64,000 bases of DNA from Candidatus Moanibacter sp. (GTDB taxonomy: Bacteria; Verrucomicrobiota; Verrucomicrobiia; Opitutales; UBA2987). A program made the position numbers and the translations under genes. The DNA lies in contig CBDCEW010000036.1 of assembly GCA_965215885.1 (NCBI GenBank), positions 19,410-83,409 on the forward strand, given 5' to 3'. Positions 10,914 to 18,976 of this stretch are shown here, piece after piece (within the stretch, counting starts at the first letter, position 1; each line of letters opens with the position of its first letter). The notes below the pieces were generated by a model. It saw nothing but the letters and a program-made list of their open reading frames with translations. It was not told where the DNA came from and ran no database searches.

Positions 10914-13616
10914 GTGAAACCGGTAAGACTCAGTTTCAATAAAACCATTCTTTCGGGCCTGCTGTTCCTTGTGGCGGCGGCGGGTATGCCGGCACAGACC
11001 GTCCTCTTCGATACTGTGGCACTCAGTGAAGACGGCGCCCCGGGCACGGGTGGCGCTGAATTTTCGACGTTCGGTAAGCCCCATCTAAACCTTAGCGGCG
11101 ATGTCGCTTTTCAAGCGTCCCTGGCGACGGGCGCGGGGGGAACAAACGGAAGTAATAATGACGGTATCTGGCTCGTTCGTCAGGGGGAAGCGCTGGAGCT
11201 TGTCTCTCGGACTGGAGATGCGGTCCCAACGTCGCCTTCCAACGCCGTTCAAGTTTCGTCGTTGGGTCAACCAGTCCTCGACAATCTTGGTAATGTGGCT
11301 TTCTTGGGGCGGCTCGAACCGTCGGCGGTGGGAGGAGTGCATAGTGCGAATGACGAAGGGATTTGGATTACGGCAGGTAATTCCGGTACTGGTGTTGCCG
11401 GTCTCTCGCTCCTTGCGAGGGAGGATGATCTCGCGGAAACCGATCTCGACGGCAATCGGCAGGGTCGCTACGGGTCCTTAGGCCAGCCCACGATCAGTGG
11501 AAATGGAATTGTCTCCTTTAGCGGAGACCTTCGAGATGGTCAATTTGAAGGAGGCAATGGCGGCTGGTTTCTCCCCTATTCATCGGTCACCCCAGGCGAA
11601 TCCGAACCAGCATTCCTGGTGGCGGTCTCCGGAGAAGCGGCTCCTGGTGTTTCGGGAAGAGAATTTCAGAAGATTGACCTCCCTCTCCAGGGCCGGTTTG
11701 GCGAGTTCGCCTTTAGAGCGACTACCGGTGAGGATGAGAGCGGTATCTGGTTGGGTGAACCCGGATCTTTGAACCTCCTGGCTGCGACAGGAAAGGCTGC
11801 TTCCGGTGCTCCTCAGGGGGCAGGTTTTTTCGAAGTCGGTCTGCCCGAAGTTAATACTTCCAGTGTTGTCGCCTATTGGGGAGGGCTCACGAGTGAAGCC
11901 AGTCCTGAGGGTATCTGGATATATCGGTCGGGTGACACTGAACTGGCGGTATTGGCGGGTGAAATGGCTCCAGGCTTACCCGTCGGGACGGTCTTCGATT
12001 TCTTCTATGATCCCGTGGTGAACGAATCAGCCTCTATCGCTTTTCTTGCCTACCTCAAATCCGATGATGGTGAAGTCGATGAAAACAACAATCAGAGTAT
12101 ATGGGTGCGGGAAGTTGACGGCTCTCTTAATCTGCGAGCACGGTCTGGTGACAACGCTCCCGGAGCGCCCCCGGGCGTACGATTCGACACCTTGAGCAGC
12201 CCGACGCTGAATGACCTGGGACAGTTCGGATTTACCGCTTCGCTGGCGGCGGATGGGGATGAAGTCAGCAGCGAGAGCGATATGGGTGCTTGGGTTGTCG
12301 ACCGCGATGGCACCCTGATTCCCGTGCTGCTTGAGGGCGATCAGTTGGAGTTTGGCGGAGGAGACATGCGCACGGTATCCGCTCTGATGATTTCCGATAT
12401 CAACAATAAGAGTCAGATGGCAGTTACAGTCGATTTTTCAGATGGCAGTTCCGGTGTTTTCAGTGTCGACCTGCCTGTGGAGGGCGCTGATCCTCCACAA
12501 ATTGTGTCGGCGCCTGAAGACCGGGAGATTGAGTTCGGGGAGACCTCTACGATGAGTTTCACAGTGAGCGGTAGCGAGCCGATTACCTACCAGTGGTATG
12601 AGGGGGCAATTGGCGATTTCTCGATTCCCATTGCCGGCGCTGACGGCACAACTTACACGACGGAGCCTCTCTTTGAGACAACCTCCTTTTGGATGCATGC
12701 TTCGAATCTTGCCGGGAGTCTCGAGAGTCCGGCCGTGACAGTAGCGGTTCCGGTAACACTGCTCGTTGAGGGATCGGCTGAACAAGTGAATTTCGGTACT
12801 GAATTTCAGGGCAATACCTACAACGGCTTCGAGATGACGGGGTCAACGGCCACATTTTCTTCAATACCGGGTGAGATTACGCGCATCTCCTTTTTAGATC
12901 CCGACGGAGACCTCGCTTTTGCCGAATTTGGCGGTGAGAATCCCGGGACCACTTTGGCGATTACTCTGGATGAATTCGTCGCCGAAGTGCCCTCACCTTA
13001 TAATCAGCCGGGTACTACTTATGTGCAGGGAAGCGCCATTTTCGTAGTTCAGAATTCCACATCCGCTACTTTCTTTTCCGTATTCAGTCTCGGTAACGAT
13101 AGTGCCCGGGTGGATGTATCCCTCATAAACAGCACGACGTTTTCCGGTGATGTCGATGGAATCGCTGACATCAAGCTCATCAAGGTGGAGAAGGGTACTT
13201 CGGGAACAACCGAAATCGGTGGTATCAACGCAGCAAATGCGAACTTCACGGGTTCTGCCAGCGTTATTGGAATTAATGCCGCGGAGGTCATCATTAGGGC
13301 TTTCCTTTTTATTGGGGATATTGCACCCTCCGGTTCCGCCCAGCCATGGATCCGTCTCAGTGCGGATTCGACTATTCCGTACATGCTTATTACGGGCGGC
13401 GACTTCGCCGAGGCTGTAAACTCTTTCCAGATTGACACAGATGGAATCATTTGCCCGTTTCCTTTTCTCGCAACGGAAGGTCAGCGATCGATCAGCAACG
13501 AAGGGACGCGGACGGACTTGGGCGACGGTGCCCTTCCTGCTATCACCGATACTTTCGTCAGCAATGCGAATGCCTATTTTGTTACGGACGGGCAGAACGT
13601 TGGTGCTGCCGATTGA
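10914..13616 (+). CDS. Secreted protein: NxxGxxAF-type tandem repeats, Ig-like domain and shared ~280-aa C-terminal domain
   Basis: Probable GTG start at 10914 gives a signal peptide. Repeats include LNLSGDVAF, DNLGNVAF, VNESASIAF, LNDLGQFGF. Ig-like PITYQWY segment. Confidence 0.8.
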   Translation: MKPVRLSFNKTILSGLLFLVAAAGMPAQTVLFDTVALSEDGAPGTGGAEFSTFGKPHLNLSGDVAFQASLATGAGGTNGSNNDGIWLVRQGEALELVSRTGDAVPTSPSNAVQVSSLGQPVLDNLGNVAFLGRLEPSAVGGVHSANDEGIWITAGNSGTGVAGLSLLAREDDLAETDLDGNRQGRYGSLGQPTISGNGIVSFSGDLRDGQFEGGNGGWFLPYSSVTPGESEPAFLVAVSGEAAPGVSGREFQKIDLPLQGRFGEFAFRATTGEDESGIWLGEPGSLNLLAATGKAASGAPQGAGFFEVGLPEVNTSSVVAYWGGLTSEASPEGIWIYRSGDTELAVLAGEMAPGLPVGTVFDFFYDPVVNESASIAFLAYLKSDDGEVDENNNQSIWVREVDGSLNLRARSGDNAPGAPPGVRFDTLSSPTLNDLGQFGFTASLAADGDEVSSESDMGAWVVDRDGTLIPVLLEGDQLEFGGGDMRTVSALMISDINNKSQMAVTVDFSDGSSGVFSVDLPVEGADPPQIVSAPEDREIEFGETSTMSFTVSGSEPITYQWYEGAIGDFSIPIAGADGTTYTTEPLFETTSFWMHASNLAGSLESPAVTVAVPVTLLVEGSAEQVNFGTEFQGNTYNGFEMTGSTATFSSIPGEITRISFLDPDGDLAFAEFGGENPGTTLAITLDEFVAEVPSPYNQPGTTYVQGSAIFVVQNSTSATFFSVFSLGNDSARVDVSLINSTTFSGDVDGIADIKLIKVEKGTSGTTEIGGINAANANFTGSASVIGINAAEVIIRAFLFIGDIAPSGSAQPWIRLSADSTIPYMLITGGDFAEAVNSFQIDTDGIICPFPFLATEGQRSISNEGTRTDLGDGALPAITDTFVSNANAYFVTDGQNVGAAD

Positions 13617-13629
13617 GAATCCGGCATTC

Positions 13630-13724
13630 TAGCCCGGTTTGCCTCAAGGGATAGGCGCTGTAGACTGCCGGTATCCGTGTTCCAGCCAAGACGCGCCTTT
13701 GGAATTCGTGAGAAAAGCGGGCTA
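13630..13724. repeat. MITE-like element, TAGCCCGC family, copy A
   Basis: Ends TAGCCCG...CGGGCTA. The right end GTGAGAAAAGCGGGCTA is the reverse complement of the 17-mer at 27008 and 57158. Confidence 0.65.
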
Positions 13725-15596
13725 AGTGCATTAGTCGCCGTTTCTTTTCTGTTTGGCGGTTTCTGCTTCGCTGATACTGCGGAACTTCCCACCTCCAGGG
13801 ATAACTCACTGTTCGAGCCTGAGCCCCCCTTCGATTTTAACAGCGCTGAGGCCAATAAGAGTAATGGCGCGGGCGACTTTATCTTCACGGGACAGACGAA
13901 GCAGGGTGTCAACGGTCTGGGACGCCGCGCACTTGTCGCGTTCGATATCGTCGGAGCTATCCCATCAGGTGCCACCATTACGGATGTCTTTCTGCGGTTA
14001 TACCTTTCACAGACAATTACACAGCCGAGCGTTATCGTGACGGAAGTTGCTCTGCACCGAGTTGTGAGCGATTGGGGAGAGGCGGATTCAGATGCCTCGG
14101 GACAGGAGGGGGGTGGGGCCAACGCGCAGCCCAATGATGCCACCTGGTTGCATGCTTTTTTCAACACTCAAAATTGGAGCGAGGAAGGAGGTGATTTCGT
14201 CGCTATACCGAGCGCCTTCCTGGATGTAGGAACACGAAATCTATTCTATACATGGAAAGATATCGGTATGGTAAACGATGTTCAGTTCTGGCTCGATAAC
14301 CCAGGCCAGAATTTCGGCTGGATAATCCTGGGGGACGAATCGATGCCCGGGACGGCCAAACGATTTGACAGCCGCGAGAGTTTCTTCTTCGACAGCTCAA
14401 GCGGTCTTGCTACTGCCCCTCTACTCACTATTGAGTTCAGTGTTGGTAGCGACGTGCCAGTGATTGCTTCACCTCCTCCAACTCAGCTGATTCCCTCTGG
14501 AGGTAGCGCTACCATCGGGTTCGCCGTTGCCGGTCCGGGACCGTTTACTTTTCAGTGGTATCAGGGGGTGAGTGGAGATACGGTCAATCCGATTGGCGAT
14601 GCCACCGCATCGACCTTTACCACTCCCGCATTATCTGAGACAGGTGACTTCTGGCTTCGTGTGTCGAACGCTCAGGGATCCGCGAATAGTGGGACCGTCT
14701 CCCTGGTCGTCCCGGAGGATACTTCCGTCAGTCCTCATTTGATCGCCGGGTCTGCCGACTTGGTCAATGATGGTACCGAATTTCAAGGTTTCATCTACAA
14801 CGGTTTCGAAATAAACAGTCGCGTCGCCTCCTTTTCCTCAGCTCCTGGTACCATTACTCGCATCTCGTTCCTCGACCCTGACGGTGATCTCATGTTTGCC
14901 GAATTCGGAAGTGATGACCCCGCAACGATTCTAACGATTACTCTCGAAGATTTCAAGGCGACCGTTCCCTCTCCCTATAACCAACCCGGCACGACTTACG
15001 CTCAGGGATCGCCAATCTTTACAATTGAGAATTCCACTCCCCTCACTTTTTTCTCCACTTTCACTCTCGGTAATGACTCTGATAGGGTAGACGTCTCGCT
15101 AATCAATTCTCAAACATTTGACGGTGCTGTTGATGGTATCGCCGATGTCCGATTGATCAGAGTCGTGGCGCCGGATGGAGCCTTTGTTAACATCGGCGGT
15201 ATAAATGCTGCGAATGCGAATTTTGAGGCCCAGTCCGGTGTTATCGGTCTCGATGCGGAAGATGCCAATATCGAGAATTTTCTCTTTGTCGGTGACATTG
15301 AGCCATCGGGAAATGCCTTTTCCTGGTTAAGATTGCTGTCTCAATCTTTCCTTCCGGAAATCCTCATCAATGGCGGCGATCTGCGTGAGGCGACCGGCTC
15401 CCGCCAGATCGATACCAACGGTCTTGTTTATCCATTTTTGATCCTGGCTACCGATGGACAGCGGTCCATCAACAACAGTCCCTTACGGCCCGATCTTGAC
15501 GACGGTTCCCTCGTCCCCGCCTCAGACACTTTCGTTGCGAACCCCGATCTCTATTTCGCTACCGATGGCCAGTCCACTGGCATCGCTGGAAATTGA
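13677..15596 (+). CDS. Secreted protein: DNRLRE-like domain, Ig-like domain and shared C-terminal domain (start uncertain)
   Basis: RDNSL, RRALVAFDI, DWGE, ATW, GGDF, VQFWLDNP..NFGWII motifs and FTFQWY Ig segment. The annotated start lies inside the MITE. Confidence 0.8.
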   Translation: MFQPRRAFGIREKSGLSALVAVSFLFGGFCFADTAELPTSRDNSLFEPEPPFDFNSAEANKSNGAGDFIFTGQTKQGVNGLGRRALVAFDIVGAIPSGATITDVFLRLYLSQTITQPSVIVTEVALHRVVSDWGEADSDASGQEGGGANAQPNDATWLHAFFNTQNWSEEGGDFVAIPSAFLDVGTRNLFYTWKDIGMVNDVQFWLDNPGQNFGWIILGDESMPGTAKRFDSRESFFFDSSSGLATAPLLTIEFSVGSDVPVIASPPPTQLIPSGGSATIGFAVAGPGPFTFQWYQGVSGDTVNPIGDATASTFTTPALSETGDFWLRVSNAQGSANSGTVSLVVPEDTSVSPHLIAGSADLVNDGTEFQGFIYNGFEINSRVASFSSAPGTITRISFLDPDGDLMFAEFGSDDPATILTITLEDFKATVPSPYNQPGTTYAQGSPIFTIENSTPLTFFSTFTLGNDSDRVDVSLINSQTFDGAVDGIADVRLIRVVAPDGAFVNIGGINAANANFEAQSGVIGLDAEDANIENFLFVGDIEPSGNAFSWLRLLSQSFLPEILINGGDLREATGSRQIDTNGLVYPFLILATDGQRSINNSPLRPDLDDGSLVPASDTFVANPDLYFATDGQSTGIAGN

Positions 15597-15949
15597 AGCT
15601 TACGGCTGCGAAACAGCCAATTTGTAGAAACGCTCCCGCGTTCCTCTAAAGAGTGTACGCTCATCTTAATTCGTTTCGCCAGGATTTGGACTATGTAGCC
15701 GGCTTCGCAAGAAGGCGGGGACGAGGTTCGATACGCCTAACTTGGTAATCACAGCTGATTTAGGGGTCGATGCCAAAACCGAACGCTTGCGCGTCCGGCT
15801 ACCTCGTGATCTAAAATCGAAAGAAGAGAAGTTCGACAGGAGATTACGATTGAGAGTCACGATAGTAGAGGGGAGAACGGGTTGAATCTTTTTTCGTGAT
15901 CTAAGATGCATTCTACTTAGATAGGTATGTAATTGATTTAAGGCATTCA

Positions 15950-16366
15950 GTGTCATACTCGGTAACCATGGTTGAATGTTCCAATGCGACTTTAGTCAGC
16001 AATTCCTTAGAAGCTTTAAACAGCGGCAATCCCAAACCCTTCCTGGAAATGATCGCGGAAGACGCCGTCTTTTATCTTTCAGGTGACAATCCGATTTCGG
16101 GAGAATACCGAGGTAATGAGGAAATTGCCTGCCTCTTTCAGAGAATTGTAAATCTGACCGAGACCCCGCCTTTCGTGGAAATAAACCATGTGCTTTCAGG
16201 GGATAGCGAGCATGTGGTCGCCATTTGGACCGCATACGGGACCCGCAAGGGGTTAAGTTATAAGGGCATAGCGGGCTATCTCTTTCGGCTGCTAGAAGGT
16301 AAGATCGTCGAAGCCAGAAGCCTCAATGAAGACCAGGCCGAAATTGATCGGTTTTGGTCGGCTTGA
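15950..16366 (+). CDS. SnoaL/NTF2-like protein
   Basis: AEDAVFYLSGDNPISGEYRG and FRLLEGKIVEA patterns, about 135 aa. Confidence 0.75.
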   Translation: MSYSVTMVECSNATLVSNSLEALNSGNPKPFLEMIAEDAVFYLSGDNPISGEYRGNEEIACLFQRIVNLTETPPFVEINHVLSGDSEHVVAIWTAYGTRKGLSYKGIAGYLFRLLEGKIVEARSLNEDQAEIDRFWSA

Positions 16367-16465
16367 ACGAGGCGAGTTAGTTGGGTCCTCGGCGCGGGCG
16401 GGCGGTTCAGATAGGAGTGAATTTTGGTACCGTTGCAGGTCGAAAAGCTCCCGTCCCGCTGCGCG

Positions 16466-18072
16466 CATTTGCGTTAACCTAAGGAGAAGAAACAAGAGAG
16501 GAAATCAAGACGAGAACGCTTTTCATAGGTGCAGTGTTTGGGGATTTGTTTGAGCCATCGGGGGATGATCTGATCTTTGGGAAGGTGAGAGAGGATGAAG
16601 AAGTAGGGAGCAAAGAAGCCAAACCAGTAGGAGAATTTAAGGATACTCAGAGGAGAGGACAAACTGGTATTCGAATAGTGTCTAAGGGGACCATAGACGA
16701 AGTTGAGTAAGTGGGTAATGAGGATGAGACGGGCGTAGATAAGAAGCTCAACCTGGTAGGGAGTAGTCTCTTTGACCTGACCGAGATTAAGATGTTGCTT
16801 AAAGGCCTTAAAGAAAATTTCGATGCGCCAGCGAAGCCCGTAAAAGCTCAGAATCTGCTTAGGGCTAAAGTCTTTCTGATGGAGGTTGGTAATAAAGATT
16901 TGGAAACCGAGAAGGAAGCTGGTGCGGCTGGTATATCGAAGTCTATTGTCGCGGTTTTGTCTATGCTCGCGGCGGCGTTTATGGGCCACCTTCTGAGGGA
17001 GTTTGACGGCGATCAGACGAACCGGAAGCTTGGCTTTTTTACCCACCCGAACGGGCATATCGAGAAGCTTTTGGCCACGTAAAAGTTTGCGTAGATCGAG
17101 CTCTTCATCGCCTTCGTTGGCTAAAAGGCAAGTGCCGGTTTTCAAACGACTCACAAAGAAGCAGCCGCGCTGATCGAGTTGCTTAAAGACATCGAGGACA
17201 AAATAGCCTAAGTCGCGCAGGATCAAGTCGTTGGGTTGAGCGAGAGCGAGAATGTCTTTGGAAGCAGCCTGATCGTTTTTTCGGAAGCTACTGAGGCTGA
17301 AGTCAACGAAGGATTCATTGCGCAGATCGTAATAGGCCTGAATCTTCAGTTGAGCCTGTTTGGAGCCTGTCTGATTGGACGCTCCGGGGAAGAAGGGGGC
17401 CAGGGACCTTAGGCAAGCCAATCGAAGTGCTGTCGGCAATGAGAACCCGTTCAAAGCTCCTCATGCAATTTGGAACAGCTCTGCCCACAGGCCCATAAGC
17501 TTTAAGTTCTAAAAGCCTCAGGAGCACTAAGGTCATAAAAGCGGTGGCTTTTTTGGCGCACTTTTGGACCGCTTGTCTGGAAATGGTGCGGTTGGCTAAG
17601 AATCCAATAAGCTCGGCTTCTTTGCCAAGGGACAAGGCCCCCTTAGAAGCCATCGCCAGCAAAGCCAAAACAAAGTTCAGAGGGGAGATCTTGCGCGATT
17701 TCCTCTCTCTAAAACCACTCTGTTTAGCGAGGGCTGTGAGGTTCAACTTACGGAAGGTTTGACGGATACAATCAGCTTTTTTTATACTTTGCATCCGAAG
17801 GATAAATCCTATATATGAACGAATGTACAGTATAAAATGCTGCCAAAGTGAAAAAAAATGGGGTAGACGGTAAAAGTAGAGAAGATAACCCGGCCAAAAT
17901 GCACTCGCTCAACTGCGAATTTCCTCACCGCTGTGGTCGAAACGAAGCAAATAGAAAAGGGCGAACAAATGGAGTGGAACCTCGAGGATAGAGACACCCT
18001 CATACTCCGCCGCAAAATACCTCGCAAGTCTTTGAATCTGACTAAGTTGCGAAAATAAGGTTTACGCGTATG
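16466..18072 (-). mobile_element. IS4-family insertion sequence
   Basis: Imperfect IRs CATTTGCGTTAACCT (16466) and CATACGCGTAAACCT (reverse complement, ending 18072). No direct target duplication seen. Confidence 0.7.
16474..17794 (-). pseudogene. IS4-family transposase with a 1-nt frameshift near 17408
   Basis: IADSTSI in the upstream frame. LRDLGYF and the YREK signature YGLRWRIEIFFKAFK in the downstream frame. Confidence 0.85.
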
Positions 18073-18258
18073 CGCCGAGCGGGACTACCTTCTGAATCGG
18101 AGTGTGTAGCGGAAAGCGGAAGCTTTTCGATCCTCGCGAGTTTTCGAGAACGTGGACGAGCATCCCGCTGAGCGGGAAGAACGATATGTGATCTGCTAAA
18201 CCGGCAGTTCCCGCCCTCGAAATCTCGCCGGCAAACATCCAAGCACAGTGATCTTTCT

Positions 18259-18338
18259 AGGAGGGTGACTGAGGGGATTCGAACCCCCGACCCCTGGAAC
18301 CAGTCTGCCGTACGGCAGACCTCTGACGAGCTGAGCTA
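18259..18338 (-). repeat. tRNA-His-derived pseudo-copy with a palindrome in the anticodon arm
   Basis: 18259-18302 is identical to 18609-18652 (44 bp). It is followed by GTCTGCCGTACGGCAGAC and a degenerate D-arm. The 5' acceptor strand is absent. Confidence 0.85.
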
Positions 18339-18593
18339 AGAGTAATCCAGAAATTCCGCCACGATCTCTTTCTTAATCCGGGCCCCACAACCATGCTTGA
18401 AGAATCGTTCCCGTTTCATCGCCTGGCTTCGGGAGGGTGCCTGTTCCCAATAGATTAGCTGTGGATCTTTGAGCCGTCGTGTATAAGGGCAATCACCGGA
18501 ACGGTGTTGCAGCATACGATTCAAGAGATGGTTCGTCTGCCCGACATAAGATCGTTCGGTCTTCGGGCAATATAAAATGTAAACGTAGTACAA
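18336..18593 (-). CDS. Small stand-alone GIY-YIG nuclease (about 85 aa)
   Basis: YYVYIL...SYVGQT...RMLQH...YT...AMKRERFFK. Probable TTG start at 18593; the longer ORF in the track overlaps the tRNA. Confidence 0.85.
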   Translation of the reverse strand: MYYVYILYCPKTERSYVGQTNHLLNRMLQHRSGDCPYTRRLKDPQLIYWEQAPSRSQAMKRERFFKHGCGARIKKEIVAEFLDYS

Positions 18594-18613
18594 AAGCCCA
18601 TCCGCTGAAGGAG

Positions 18614-18688
18614 GGTGACTGAGGGGATTCGAACCCCCGACCCCTGGAACCACAATCCAGTGCTCTAACCAACTGAGCTACAGCCACC
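18614..18688 (-). tRNA. tRNA-His (GTG)
   Basis: GGTGGCTG/CAGTCACC acceptor with G-1:C73, D-arm TAGCTCAGTTGGTTAGAGC, anticodon arm CTGGA-TTGTGGT-TCCAG, T-loop GGTTCGAATCC. CCA not encoded. Confidence 0.96.
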
Positions 18689-18725
18689 ATAAAACCTGCC
18701 TCATAGCTTCGGCAGCTTTTATATT

Positions 18726-18755
18726 GTCTGTTACAAACGTTCGTTTGTAACAGAC
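18726..18755. repeat. Perfect palindrome with 14-bp arms upstream of tRNA-His
   Basis: GTCTGTTACAAACG-TT-CGTTTGTAACAGAC. Confidence 0.75.
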
Positions 18756-18938
18756 GAGAGGAATACGACAAATCCAGATTGAAGTAATGAACGCGTAGTT
18801 CCATTCGTGTCAACTTTCCTCTTCCTAATGCGGCGTAGACCATTTCCGAAAATCTACGCGGGTATCTGAATAGCCTGTTAGGCAGATGTCGGTGGTTGAA
18901 TCCTTCGCATTCCACGAACGCACCGAGATAGCTGACTT

Positions 18939-18976
18939 TTTCCGCGAATTCAGAAAGCGAACTCCGACAGATTCCT
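18939..18976. repeat. Dispersed 38-bp repeat, copy 1
   Basis: 33/38 identical to 21083-21120, ending TCCGACAGATTCCT. Confidence 0.7.

Noticed and set aside
15666..15956. 96-aa minus-strand ORF
   Set aside because: No motif or other support; left unannotated.
18259..18338. Second functional tRNA gene
   Set aside because: It lacks the 5' acceptor strand and an intact anticodon arm.
18259..18652. Prophage or ICE attL/attR at tRNA-His
   Set aside because: The repeats are only 350 bp apart with no integrase or phage genes, and the copy also retains D-arm sequence.
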